Below, piece by piece: positions 1 through 15,112 of a stretch of DNA of 64,000 bases. Within the stretch, counting starts at the first letter, position 1. Every line of letters starts with the position of its first letter. Made by a program: the position numbers and the translations under genes. The DNA comes from Nitrosopumilaceae archaeon (GTDB taxonomy: Archaea; Thermoproteota; Nitrososphaeria; Nitrososphaerales; Nitrosopumilaceae). The notes under the pieces are model-generated. The model was not told the origin of the DNA, ran no database searches, and worked only from the letters and a program-made list of their open reading frames with translations. Location of the stretch: positions 224,001 to 288,000 of the forward strand of contig CBDBMG010000001.1 of the NCBI GenBank assembly GCA_965207375.1, in the 5' to 3' direction.

Positions 1-366
1 CAATGCATTATTTTAAAGATATAACAACTTAATAATTTAATTATGTCTGATACATACAAATAATCGAAAAAGATTGTTCGAATATTTGATTAGTTGTCCC
101 AAAATCACTAGTTGTTTGATCCCTGATGTAATGTTATCTATTAAGGAGTGTATGATAGCATGTATGTAGGTCATGTAGTAATAAATTAAGTTCTATAAAC
201 CAGCAGCTATGTAACAAGACACTTAAATGCCATGTAAAATCTTGTGGTTCCCATAGTTACAGCAACCAACTATGTAATGTCCTTACCATAAGGTTAAGTC
301 CCATGATTACAAAGGTATTTGAAACTAGACAAGGTGCTCTAGAATATCTATGAAATAAACAATGTA

Positions 367-860
367 ATCATTAAGTACGGTAGTACTTAATAGTAGGGAT
401 CGATAAGGAATGTATGGAATGCGGCTTTTTCGCACCTCTAAAAACCCACCTTACAATAGGCTTTAGCTGAAAAAACCTACTTAAATGCATTGGTACTGCT
501 GTAATAAGGCTGTACATTTGTTAAACAAAGCGAAAAGTCGATTATTTCAAACTATAATGAATTTTGAAAATCTCGAAAATTACATGGATTTCGTCTGCCA
601 GCCAGCCAGCCAGCCAGCCAACCTTCCGGATTGCACTAGGTGTAGGGCTCCAGAAATTCAACACAACAAAGGTAATCGCATCGTGTTTACGAAACTGTTG
701 TTCCGAAGACGATTTACCCACTGCGCCATGGTGATTCTTTTATCCTTCCTTTCTTTACTTTCTTCTCTATCCATTGGAATGCGTAAACAATTTCGGCGTG
801 ACCACAACATTCCATACAAGGTGTAAACAGGTACAATAATGCACGCCTGCTATTTTATAG
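367..860. mobile_element. Helentron/DINE-like non-autonomous repeat, family A, copy 1 (diverged, truncated)
   Basis: Starts with the same hairpin ATTAAGTAC-GGTA-GTACTTAAT plus AGTAGGGAT as 7311 and 12678. Has a short (GCCA)n tract and the shared core GAAGACGATTTACCCACTGCGCCATGG. Lacks the long terminal palindrome; right end approximate. Confidence 0.65.
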
Positions 861-918
861 TTATATAAATCGCTTCATGCAATGTTGCATGTGTCCTCGA
901 TGTTGTCAGAGAGAATAT

Positions 919-1259
919 TGTTACGGCTTACAGAAGAGGCTTTCTAGAAGCATTCTAGGCTAAGTATTACGCATGCGCATACACACACGTGGTTGCCATC
1001 CTATTACATGAAAAAGCACAGTATCAACTTACGCCACATCCACTGTTGCACTATTATATATACCCACTAAACAACAGTTTGAACGACTACATATACTCCA
1101 TAAATTATAACTAAACTAGTTCAACTGAAACGCAGACTAGTCTTAGTCTCGCGCACTAGACTAATCTATTAAGCTATTACGTGTATGCGTGTATGTACGT
1201 CATCATGTACCGTGTATGTATGATGTAATTATTATTAAGATTATTCGAGAATCACCACA
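919..1259 (+). mobile_element. Probable 5' LTR of a Gypsy retrotransposon
   Basis: TG...CA-bounded segment directly followed by the PBS-like TGGTGTCAGAAGT (1260-1272) and a gag-like frame. Confidence 0.6.
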
Positions 1260-1280
1260 TGGTGTCAGAAGTGTCAGAAA

Positions 1281-1860
1281 ATGAGTTCTGAAATGATAAC
1301 AAGAGTCTGTTACAGTCACGATGAATCTTTGCAAGCCACCCGATCCTCTGTCACTGACAGGAAATATGGCACAGAATTAGAAAGAATTCGAATAGCAGCT
1401 CCATTGGTTTTTAGCAGGCACAGAAAGTGTCACAAAATCCGACGAAATAAGATTGAAATAATGCTCTCACATGCTGGAAAAGAGGCAAGGGAAGTATACA
1501 AGACACTCCCGTGGGCTGCTGAAGGAGACGATAAGAAGTTTGCAAAGGTGATTGCAGCATTCCGAGCATATTGTGAGCCGCAAAAAAACATTTTATGCGA
1601 GCGTCACGGCTTCTGGAACCTGCAACAATCAGAAGGAGAATCAATAGATGGATATATATCTCACCAGACTCAAGATTAAGGTAGAGGCTTGTGAGTACAA
1701 TAGAGAAGACTGACCAGCGGCAGTAGGACTAGAAATGCTGCGTGATAAGTTTTTGGAATACTTAACGACAGCCTAAAAGAGCGACTATTACGAGAAAATG
1801 AAGCCAATGTAATACCTGTTGACATATTCAATCAACTTACCAACACACCAAAAGTTCAGC
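1281..1860 (+). pseudogene. Truncated Gypsy gag remnant
   Basis: HAGKEAREVYKTL...FRAYCEPQKNILCERHGFWNLQQSEGESIDGY resembles Mag/K02A2.6-type gag. It has frameshifts and stops, and no pol follows. Confidence 0.7.
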
Positions 1861-1879
1861 CTACAAAGACAAATCAAGC

Positions 1880-3293
1880 CAGGAACAGGAACAAATCAGG
1901 AAGGAACAGGAACAGGAACATGTTGTGGCTGCTTTCTGGCAATCAAAGAAACATACACTGCAAAGTTTTGCAGCCATTCCATGATGTTTGTAATAAGACG
2001 ATGTTTTTGTGTAGATTTTGCTGCATCTAGACAACTGGGAAGCAGGTCTCCCATTTCAACAAAGGCACCAGGTTCAATTTTTCACTAAATTAGGAGGAAT
2101 CAATGGGATTACTGCTCCTGTTAGTTTGTAGAGTATGGTGGTTCAGCTGGTCTGGGGGGCAGGTGGTACATTTTGTAGATTGTCTTGAATCAGGCTGACG
2201 TGGTGGAGATCTAAAAAAGGAGAGCCGAGTTGTGATATGTTTGTAGTATGGTAGATTAACGCAACAGTGCATGCAGGTGACAATGAGCAGGGGGTTAATG
2301 ATTTGAAGGTGCAACAAAATAGTTTGCAGGTGTCGATGAGTAAGGGAGTGAAATGATGGTATTTTACATATGTGGGTGTATATGAAGTGTATATATATTA
2401 TATATATATATATATATATGTATGTATCACAAGTCTGTAGTTGTAGCTAGCTAGTTACATACATAGCCATCCCATGCAGTGCATGTGCAAGTCAGACAAA
2501 AGGTAGTGCGTGGAATTTTAAAAAAAACCATCAATATTGTACACCCAAGCACTTAATGCACTCATTAAGTTGTTTATTCAAAACATGGCCACATGCATTC
2601 CTGAGCATTAACACATTGTTCACATGCATTCCTAAACACTGTTTGAAAGCAAAAAACAAAAGAACATGCGTGCTTCCTACATGCATGTTTACTTGCGAAC
2701 TATGCTACGGTATAATGCCAGCTGTATGGCTAGCTGTTAAGGATATAAACACAGAAATGCATGAACACCAGATTCTATCACCACTTACCAAGGGGAGGGT
2801 CCACCGGGTCGTCGGTGAGTGACTCTTGTTTGAGATCATCATGAGCGTCGTTGGTCAGCATTACTATGGAGGAATGCAGTAGGCTTCTTAGCACAGCGTC
2901 CACAATTTGAGAAATATCGGCTTGAGCAAGCGTATCTGTCCCCTGCTCAGTCAGTAGGATGTCGGCCTCTGCAGCGGAACTCGAATCCAATCTTCGCCTC
3001 TTTGCAGCAGACTGATATCTGGTCATAGTGACAGTGGAGCATTCCTATGCAGTGTAGTGTTTGGCTTCTTCTTAAGTAGTACGTGGCACATTCCAAGATA
3101 ACTCTAAACTCAACTTCGAACTCAGTTTCACACTAACACTACGTATATAAGGTTGGCGGTACCAGGAACATGTATTAACTAATACACATGTGCTTATATT
3201 AATTAGTGCCCACTTAGTTATGAGTTTATATAAGCTACTAGTGTGGGCTCCTCCATTAACTTGGCTTAAATTGTGCCAATGTAAACTTCATAT
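1880..3293 (-). mobile_element. Decayed 5' part of a DIRS/Ngaro-like element related to 52547-57073
   Basis: Minus strand 2107-1915 reads PLIPPNLVK/IEPGAFVEMGDLLP...ITNIMEWLQNFAVYVSLIARKQPQHVP, homologous to the gag-like ORF 55662-56132. ORF 2778-3026 (LAQADISQIVDAVLRSL) matches LTTDDIPGIVQAVVNAL in 56421-56873. The terminus CATTAACTTGGCTTAAA resembles the A repeat. Confidence 0.75.
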
Positions 3294-3836
3294 AACACCA
3301 AAAATGACACCAAAATCATGCCTAATGCAAGATTTAGAGCATATTTAGCTAAGTAAATACAAAGAAGCTTTAAACCAAATATGGAGTACGGGTGTGGTGG
3401 GTGCAACCCTTTGGAAGTGTTATCTCATAAAGTATTGAAATGTCAAAAATAGTGTGCAATACATCATTGTTTTGGCATATTTCTGGAGGGGGATCTTGAG
3501 ACCCCAAAGCTGTTCACAAAGTTAACTCTATGAACGTATAGGGAGCTCATTGATATTTTGAAATAGTATTTTACCAAATGTGAACTAGGCTGGTTTTCAC
3601 TCAGATGGTTACATATGTTTGAGCAATTACAGTATTGTCATCATAGTTACTGTTATGTACTGTACATGCAAACACTGGGAACATACTGTTTGTATATATC
3701 CTGCAGCTCACCACTATATTGTTAATGTGCCAGTTTTGTGTCTGTTTTAGCAGTATGCATTGTATAATAGTTTATTATAACAATACACTAATTTCTGTAC
3801 TAAAATTTACTAACGCTAATATAAACATTTTGATGG

Positions 3837-3891
3837 ATACTCTCTAATAGTGCAGTCATCAATGATTGGTGACTGCACTATTAGAGAGTAT
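3837..3891. repeat. Perfect 22-bp-arm inverted repeat
   Basis: ATACTCTCTAATAGTGCAGTCA / TGACTGCACTATTAGAGAGTAT. Confidence 0.9.
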
Positions 3892-4543
3892 TGATGTGCG
3901 ATTGCTAAATTTAGATGTGCAATCATAGATATCACTAACTTTAATATTACTCAGCTTAAGGTACGTAAGTATTTTACACACCATTATTATTATTATAATT
4001 CCTACACTCCATAAAATAGTATGAGCCAGTTTTACTATAATGGAATACATAGCTATATTGAATCATATCATATTCAGTATGAACTCATACCTTACCCATA
4101 TTGAATAGCTAACGCTACCTGCCATCACTACTTTAAACTACATTGTCATATTTTAATTAATTACTGCTGTTGTAATAAGAGGTGGACCGATAATCAAATA
4201 AACCGATATTCTAATAACTGATATATCTGCTACAAAAATCACCAATACTGATACCGATAGAGTTAATCATTCTAACTCTAGATATTCAGTCACTATACAA
4301 GATCTAATGACATGCCAGTAACTGGAAACACTTGTTTTGCTGCTTTAATGTGGACTAAAATTTTAAACTGTTTATTCAGTAAACTTATCATTGAATAAAC
4401 ATAACTGTGAACTTTGGAAAAAACATGTCCCCCTACGTATACCTTAAATAGCTACTTTCATATTTAATGATGCAACACTACAACACTTGCATAGTTACAA
4501 GTTAGCTAATTATTATACTATAAATGTTTTGTTCATTTTGCAG

Positions 4544-4690
4544 GTGAACAGGAGATTTGCTTGGTTACCAGTGTCAGGGGAAAAATTAGCCATAACAAAA
4601 GAAGAAAAAGGACAAAATTCAGCTTTTCATCTGATGGTAATCCAGGAGTCACATACCAATGCAAACTTGATGATGGCAAGTTTAAAGAAT
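4544..4690 (+). CDS. Penultimate exon of an upstream gene; first half of a bacterial-type Ig-like module
   Basis: ttttgcag acceptor, GTGAGT donor, 147 nt, phase 1-1. Encodes GEQEICLVTSVRGKISHNKRRKRTKFSFSSDGNPGVTYQCKLDDGKFKEC. Confidence 0.8.
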
Positions 4691-5346
4691 GTGAGTTTAT
4701 AGCTAATATAAATTCTTATAGAACTACCTGCAAATCAGTTCAGCCAGCCAAATGTGTAGAATCTGTGACATTCAATTTGTACAATAGCTTTGTACAAATA
4801 ATAGCTATATAACTAGCTAGCTAGATCAAGTGCTGTAATTTATTGCTATCAGTGCTCTATTACCACTATAAGTGTGTAAGTATCTCATCGTTACTGATTT
4901 TATAGCTAATCACTTTAGCAAACACGTGGGCAGCAAAAATGTAGGGCAGAGCACCTCTAAAAATAATGTTACAGATACCAAATACTCTAATAAAGCAGTT
5001 ATTTATCCTAATAGAACAGTTAATAGTAAAAAATTTATTGCCTGGTTTCACCACCTCTAGTTTATGACAATTAACTAGGGACTGCACCATATACTACAGC
5101 TAAACTTTCTTTACAAATTGTTTTTCAACAGGGATCGGTTCCTCGTAAGGACCGTATTAAAATTGTTTATCATTCTACACATCCTATCTTATATCATTTT
5201 GTAGAAATACCAATATATATGAATGACCATTTAAAATACATGAATGTTTATGTAGCTACTTCATATATACATAGCTAGAGCTAACTCTGTAATATAACTA
5301 TAATATAATGTAGCTATATTTAATAGCTATAATATTGTATATTTAG

Positions 5347-5477
5347 GTGAAAGTCCTAAGGTTTGGAGGAAACTGAAGAGAGGAAGACATACTATTGCTG
5401 TAAGAGCCTTTTGCATTGATGATGAAAGGAAAAGATTTTCTACTGTGAGAAGAAATTTCAAACTTCGAGTTCGTTAA
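5347..5477 (+). CDS. Terminal exon of the upstream gene; second half of the Ig-like module
   Basis: atttag acceptor in phase 1; continues in frame (C)ESPKVWRKLKRGRHTIAVRAFCIDDERKRFSTVRRNFKLRVR*, completing the C-x-LD...C-x-SP...L-xx-G-x-HT-xx-VRA motif. Confidence 0.8.
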
Positions 5478-7310
5478 TCAGTGTGACTTCATCCCTCTTC
5501 ATGCTGGCATTTGACTATAGTAGTTTATATTTCTTTGTTAGGTTTCTGCACTGAAATTAGATTTAGAATTAACTGCTACTCTTTATTGTGCATTTAACTT
5601 TTAACTTCATAATTATGCCAACCATATGAGATCTGTATGCTAGCTTAAGTTGAAGACAAATATATGTAGCTAGCTAATACTTAGCTACATCTGGATCAGA
5701 GGCTAAAACTAAGTCCACCATGCTACGCTACCTATGCATGAATGTATAGCTACTTAATGCATCAACATGCACTGTTGCAACTAATGAGTTGTTATAGTTA
5801 AATCTCACACTTTTAAAACAGCTTTTCTAGCTATATGTGACAGGAAGACACTGGCATGGATTGTGGTTTGAGACTATAAAGCAGCACGATTACCTCAAAG
5901 AAGGCTCCTGTATCCTCTAAATACCAGGCATTGGAAAGCATTAGGCATAATAGGCTAATTATCTGGCACAGCAATCAATAAAGATCACCAAGAGAACACC
6001 GACCCTACAGGATTACATGGAGGCATAACTGATGCTTCAGTTCATTAATACATCAGAATGTGGCTAAAGGCTTAGCATGAAGTGATGTGCTCACATTATT
6101 TACCAAATTAATTGTATAAATTAATTTTGAGAAGAATATTTCAACAATTGTCTATAGAGTCTACTACGTAGCTATAGCTAGCTACATGTTTACAGTTTTA
6201 CACCGTCTAGTTTGCACTTAGTAGCTAGCTACTAGCTAGTCTAGTGCATGCTGTTTTGTAATATGCATGTGTTTCAAAATATCTAATTGTAAAAGTTGAC
6301 TTCAGATCATCTACCATATATGCGGTAATTTTCAAGGGTCTTACATTTCATGGAAGCCAATTAAGTCTGTAAGGATTTTTGCTGATCATCAAGCTGAATA
6401 CAGTGTTTCCTTAAGCCATGCATTGCTTCTTTTCGAGGATTAACCGGGGTTGTGAGTGCTACATTTTAAAAATTAAGCACAAATATTAGCTACACACACA
6501 TAAGCATATAGCTGATATTGAGCATAGCTACAGGTGAAATTTATGAGCACTGTAGCATACTATAATAATGACTGGCCCCTGCATGTCTATAGCTACCTAG
6601 GAGAAATAAGATCACATTCTCCTATATGACTGATTATATGGGTAGGTAACTAAGGTAACTAAGGCCCTGACTCTTTCTCTTAGGATTTGTATGCAAGTCA
6701 CTGGATGTACAGTACTTATATAAAATATATATTATACGTACTTATACATTCTACATATTACACTATACAAACCTTGTATTAGTTTCTGTTTCTGTACTTG
6801 CCACACTTATATTAGCTATAGCTATATTTATTTATTTAGTAAGTCATGTAGCTATGTAGCTATGCACATAACTTACTGACTAAAATGTTAACACAGTAGC
6901 ATATGTCATGAGAAGCAGGGATACTGAAGGTGTGGCCCAGAAGCTATGGGCTGTGTGTAAAGTACAGAAACAGCACTTGTGTAATGCAAAGGTTTAGCAT
7001 AATATGTAGAATCAACCTATAGCTATAGCTCTGAGATAGTACAGCCCCCAGACCTCTGCTTCTTATATATGCTAGCTAGCTACTATGTTTTGGCTCCCTT
7101 TCTCAGTAAGTTATCCATAGCTATATACATGCAACTAATTAGATAAATGTGTCATCTGGAGCAAACTACTGTGTAATTAACTGACACAACAATATATTGG
7201 TTACAAAATATTTATTATAGCTACATGAACTATTATATTATAGGTATGGTGACTGTTCTATTAGAGTGTATTGATCTTTTGATCTTTATGCTCAGTGCTC
7301 TTAATTATCT

Positions 7311-8433
7311 ATCATTAAGTACGGTAGTACTTAATAGTAGGGATTGGTAAGAAATTGTACGGCTTCGGGAAAATTTCGAGCTTTAAAAATCAACCTTGCA
7401 ATAGGCTTTACCCGAAAAAACCAGCTGGAATGCATTGGTAAGGCTGTAATGATGCTGTACCTTGGTTAAACGAAACGACAAGTCGAATATTTCGACCTAC
7501 AGCCAACTTTGAAAATTTCGAAATTCACCTGTATTTCGTCTGCCAGCCTGCCAGCCAGCCTGCCAGCCAGCCAGCCAGCCAGCCTGCCAGCCTGCCAGCC
7601 TACCGTAAGACCGGGTTGCGCTAGGTGTAGGGCTCCAGAAATTTCACACAATAAAGGTAATGGCGGCGCATTTACGAAAATCTTATTCCGAAGACGATTT
7701 ACCCACTGCGCCATGGCGATTCCCTTTATCCTTCATTCCTTTCCTTGTTCTTCTTTATTCCTTAGCAAGGTGCGAATTTCACTGAAGGTGACGATAGCCT
7801 GTAACGGCTTCTGCTTATTGCGTCACACAAAAACCTGGCTTGCACGTGATATAATTAGTTACAGTGGTACGATGTTTTCGCGTGTACTTTATTACATCGT
7901 GAACTTCGAGATTATAGCCTTGGACAAATAGCTTTTGCTGTTTTTCGAGCGTTATTTGCTATCACACAGCTGCTTTGCCATGTCAGCGCGTTGTTAATAA
8001 GCGCCTGTAAACAAGCATAATTATTACGTAAGCGCCTGTAACATTTTGTGCGCCTGCTAAAAGATTATTGAATGCTTAGCATGTATAAAAAGTAAACAAA
8101 CTAGAATGATAAAAATTAAAAATTTAAAAAGTAAGTAGGGATTGAACTTTGGATTCAATAGTGCTACAAAAAGTAAGGAAACAAGGAATAAGATTTTGGG
8201 ACGAGAGAACATTCTGGCATGAGATAATTTATAAAAGTTTAATCCCTACGTTTGGCTCACTTCATAGGTTTGCCAAAAGTAGGGATTAAATTTTTATAAA
8301 TTATCTCATGCCAGAATGTTCTCTCGTCCCAAAATCTTATTCCTTGTTTCCTTACTTTTGTAGCACTATTGAATCCAAAGTTCAATCCCTAGCTACTTAC
8401 TTTTTAAATTTTTAATTTTTTATCATTCTAGTT
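7311..8433. mobile_element. Helentron/DINE-like repeat, family A, copy 2, with ~335-bp terminal palindrome (8099-8433)
   Basis: Terminal hairpin, AGTAGGGATT subterminal repeats and a GCCA/GCCT microsatellite. Near-identical to 12678-14145. Superfamily assignment is structural inference. Confidence 0.75.
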
Positions 8434-8804
8434 ATATAATCAACTGGTGTCTAATTATATTGGCCAACTCAAGAATGCATTCCTAATATAGGTGGCTAGC
8501 CACATACCGTATCTGCCCCTGAACCATTAAAAGATTAGTCAGTATGGAGTGTAGCTATGACTGCCATGTATCAAAAACTCAAATTATATATAGCTAGATA
8601 TTACTATATACGTACGTAGCTAGATGTATAGATCAACAGTAGGCCATTATTACATTATGCTGGAAGTAAATATATTTACTGCATGAAAATTTGGCCTTTG
8701 TTCATGACACAGAAGGTTAATATACTCTAATAGAACAGTCAAGCAATCATCAGATTGCTGAGTGCTAAACAAAAATTTAAAGTGATGGGTTTATGACAGT
8801 GTTT

Positions 8805-9022
<218 letters not shown>

Positions 9023-12000
9023 AGCTATAGCTATATATTAACCACTGATCAGTGATGTGATCCATTAACTATAATAATTAGCTAATAGAGGCTGGCCTAG
9101 CTATAGTTTTTCAAACTGGTGATTGCCTCTAATTAACAGCTATATAGTATAATATAAGTACCAAGCTGTTGTGCCTTGTAAAACTGCAACTAAAGAATTA
9201 AAACTACATGCCAGCCAGCTTATTGAAAGAGCTACTAACCAAACATGATATATAATTTATACTGACCAAGCTAATTGAATTATTGACCAATTTATTGGCT
9301 AATTTATTGTTAGGAACCACATGAAATCTGATTGGCTAAAAATGTCAGGTCATGCAACTACACATATAACATTAAATTCGGACCACACAGCAGGCTGAAT
9401 GGCTATATGTAGGCTACATAGGAAGTTCAAATGAACTGATAAAATATCGTTAATTGTGTGGCCGGAACAAGAAGTGCAGATTTTTTCAGTTGCAAGTTAT
9501 TCATGTCCCTAAGTGATAATACATTGGTAGAGCTCAGGCTTAGCTGCTGACTTTCAACTGAAATGATCATGTACCATTTTGATACGTAAAATTCCGTATT
9601 CCATAGTGCATCTGATAGGTTTCACCTCGCAACTATCGAGTTGATTGTCAGAATTGTGGAGTTGGATCAAGATGGCTCGTCTAGCTATATACTTGTTAAC
9701 AGCATTGGATTTAGTAAGTTCTTGGTTATATCTAGCGTGATTTTTGTAATACACTAAGTAGCCTGAGGGATATTGCGAGGTAGTTTATTGTGGCAGCCGG
9801 GGGGTCAGTAACGAGACAAAATCGTCGACGTAATTTGAAAGTTGGGCTCAAAGTTGGGTTAAATTTCTTCAAATTTCACATGAACTTAAATTATTCTATT
9901 ATAAGCGCGCCTTTGTAATTAACGCCATAACGAAATTTAAATCCTGCCCTGCAAAAGCCAAGCAGTTTTCCGCATGCCGAATAATTGTGTTTGTGCATTA
10001 ATACCCTTTGCGTAGTTCTACTGCTGGGAGTGAGGCCGGGAGTTTACTGTTTAGAGACTCAGATTTCCGAACGGTTATCCCCTCAAGTTACTTGATTATT
10101 GTAGAGCTAGCTAGCCAGCCATTGCACTATACCTAGCAATGTGGAACACACAGAGACACTGACACACACATACACAGTTCAAACAGCCGGACTCTTCCTG
10201 TGAAAGCCATAGCTATGGCTATAGCTACGGCGCACGTGCAGTGCATGATGGCCAATCAATAATAGCTATAGGTACAGTAAAGTATCTGTTTGACTCATAT
10301 CATCTAGGCTACAAAGCCTCACACCTCACCTTGCACAAAACCTTCATATACTTCATGATTCCGTGCATAATGTAAGCGTAAGTCCCCTGTGCACCCACTC
10401 TTGCAAGTCTGACAATCAGCAGCCATCTTGGTAGCTGTTAAAGCATGTGGTAACTAGCTAGCTATATTCTAGTACACGTGATATATTGCTAACTATGCTT
10501 TAGCTAGTAAGTATCTATAGGTATATAGGTATATGTATATAGCTAGCATTATAACATATATAGCTACGTAAAAGATTCATACATGATAAGTAACATGTCA
10601 CTGAATATAGGTATAGCCAGATAAGGACGTCTGAACTGATATCAGCCAGCTAGCTGTAGCTATATACCTGCTACAGAGCTAGATATAGTTGGAATTTCAG
10701 CCTCCTATTAGTCTGCTTTAATTGCTGAAATTTTATAGCTTTGGTATACTGAGGACCCAAAAATATCTTGTAAGTCTGGCCTGTCCAGCAGTGGTGATTC
10801 TGCATGTGGAGAAAAGCAAAAGAAAACCATTCAAATATACGCAGCTATTTAGCTAATTTAGCTGATAATGGTAACCATATTTGTTAAAGTCTATTACTGG
10901 CCTTGATTCATAGACCTTTATTATAATTGAGATGCATATTTGAAGTCAGATTTCAAATTTCTAATTTCAAGCCAAATTTCAGATTTCAGAAATAAATTTC
11001 ACAAGGCATTGACAAAATTTCAGGTTGTTACTGACCCTTTGGTGGCAGCTAGGCAGCCGGCTATGTAGAATCAAGGGGGCGGCGACACAATCAATTCTCT
11101 TTTACCATAGGTGATTTTAAAGGGTCTGGGGTACAGCCCCCCACCCCTGCCCTGTTGAAAATAAGTTGTGAAAAATCTTACAGTATAGCTACAACACTGA
11201 TGGTAATTGATTAAGCAGTGAGTCTATAGAGTCTAGCACATCCGAAGTTTCCTAGGACATAGCTATAGCTATACTTAATTAAGGAGCAAACTTCACAAAA
11301 TTTATATTTCTGAGTGAAGTAGTATAACTTCCTTGGTCCCCTGACAAAAAACTAAGCCTCCTGTGTCCTAGTTCTAGAATTATCACTGGTTTTTATACGT
11401 ATACACCTTAAAATGCTACTAGTTTGATTATATCATGTATAAGTGCTCTCTCTGCTTAAAGTGTGTGTCATGTTATACCATCTTGATAACACAGTGCATG
11501 GTTAGCCCCCTCACCTGCCACCTCAGTCAAAAATACAAAAGGATGGATATGTTGTTAGAACACTAATTCTTGTCCATTTAATTGCATAACAATTTATACT
11601 AAAGGGGTAGCTTTGCCTTGAATTAAATACACTCTAAACCTGGCATTTCTGTACTTTACAAAATAGAACATCCCATAGCTTCTGAGGGCTACACCCCATA
11701 GCCCCTGCTTTAGAGATCCACTGTACTAGCTGTGCTTAGCTCCCCTCTCTAGATCTGGCTATGGCTGGGTGGGATAACCTATACCACTCTACTTCATGAA
11801 TTTTTAATCATATAGCCCTTTCTGTCTCATTCACAAACTAGCGTGAATGATGGAGGTTATAGAATATGGATCTAACTAGATATAAAATCTGTAAAGTCTG
11901 GGGGGTTGAAACCCCCTGGGTACCTAACCATGGCACTGAGGGATACTAGTTTCCCAGTGAATAAGTCTTGTGATTAGCAGTGCAGCCTCTATTATAATAT

Positions 12001-12677
12001 CCTTCTTTTCTTTCCACAGTTAAGGGGTTTATCACAAACACTACACTATATCCCACGGCTATAAACCTGTGAGAAGGCTTATAATTATATAGCTTGTTTG
12101 ACAGGGATGCAGAAAAAATCATGTCACGATACTCGTAATCAGTATGCACTTCACACATGCAGTCTGCTATACACCAGACTATATATACATATGAAGACAG
12201 GCCATACTGGAACAAAATTGAACAAAAAATTTATTACATTATATATGTGATCTGTTAGACTACACCCACTGAGAATAACCTTCAAAGCATAGTGCTTGAA
12301 TGCCTTCCCTATACAATACTCTCTGTGGTGCTTAGCCCTATTGAAGCACATTTAAATACTGGGCTTCAGTTTATGGCAATATAAATTTTGTCCTACAATG
12401 TCTGCAGTGAATGGAAAAGAATAACAGTAAACTTGAAAAACATACTATGCACCATGTATAATGTCTTGCATGATAAGTAAAATAGACTGTACATGAGCTT
12501 GTGCATGATATTTTTATAGGCACTGGTGATATGGGGTCAGCAGACATTTGCACCGATCGTTCCAACCTTTCCCCCTCCTCCAACCATGAATGCTGGTATA
12601 GTCAAAATATTATTATTTCATTATTTAGTTATAAAAATTGTATTTATAAACATAGGAACACACTCTGGCAATGAATG

Positions 12678-14145
<1,468 letters not shown>

Positions 14146-14410
14146 ATATAAGACTAATACAAAAATGTCCATCAAAAGTATGTAGTTATAGCTAGAATTT
14201 AAAAAAATCTTGTGCCAGTATTGTTCCATATATCCTACTGCATTTTCCTTGGAATTTTAGGCATGGGGGTTAGGCATGGGAGAGACAAGGTAGGCAAAGG
14301 AGACTAGAAAAATAAAGAAGAGGCAATGATAAAAATGACTAGATAGGCATGAGAGTAGCTACATAGCTATATACTTGAAAAATATGTGGGTGAAAGAACA
14401 AAAAATTAAA

Positions 14411-14656
14411 TGTGACTGAATTTTGGAAAACCTACGTACCATCTACACACAAGTGAAATAATTAACTTTGCCACTTCATAACTCAGACCCACAAGCCAAC
14501 TAAAAGTATTTCTACAATTATTCTGGTAATTCAATGTATCCCTAACAGATATATCAGACTATTTAACCAAAGTCTCATTTCAAGCTTAGTGAAATACTTG
14601 TAATTATTTTGTTTGTCTCTTGTGTGTAGATGGTAGGTTTTCCAAATCCGGTCACA
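14411..14656. mobile_element. MITE with TGTGAC...GTCACA termini
   Basis: Imperfect TIRs TGTGACTGAATTTTGGAAAACCTAC...ACCATCTACACACAAG / CTTGTGTGTAGATGGTAGGTTTTCCAAATCCGGTCACA. Confidence 0.7.
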
Positions 14657-14970
14657 AATATTTACTGATTGAAAAGGACCAAAAAGGCTATTTTTAGAAG
14701 TAGAATATTGGAAGTCACCAATGATAGGTTATGTATCCTTACTGGTGAGTTAGCATTCTACATTGTGTAATGCATAAAGCTATAGCTATGTAGGTATATA
14801 CTAACATACTGATGGTACAAGCATAAGATGTAATAGCCGCTTGTGATTAACATATATCATATGCTTATGTAGCTTCTTCAACTCTCAGACACCTTTAAAT
14901 ACAAAATTTCCATTATTTCATCTTTTCAGTTCATAGTTACCATCCCTGTAGCTGCACTGTTGCTTGTACA

Positions 14971-15028
14971 CTGAGAACATACAGTGTATTGTCCTTATAA
15001 TTATTATTGCATGTGAAGGTCATCAGTG
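14971..15028 (+). pseudogene. Candidate signal-peptide exon, apparently broken (CTG start, internal TAA)
   Basis: Reads (L)RTYSVLSL*LLLHVKVIS, then G|GTAAGT, a phase-1 donor 84 nt before the first Ig exon. Confidence 0.45.
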
Positions 15029-15112
15029 GTAAGTATCTATCATAGCACCAGGCTCACCCCACAATGCCATGCATTTCACCTAGTAATTTATAGATGTTGC
15101 CTTTATTACTAG

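Noticed and set aside
9671-9720. MARLAIYLLTALDL followed by GTAAGT as a first exon
   Set aside because: The donor is phase 0, incompatible with the phase-1 Ig exons, and it lies in repeat-like sequence (part resembles about 34440-34510 reversed).
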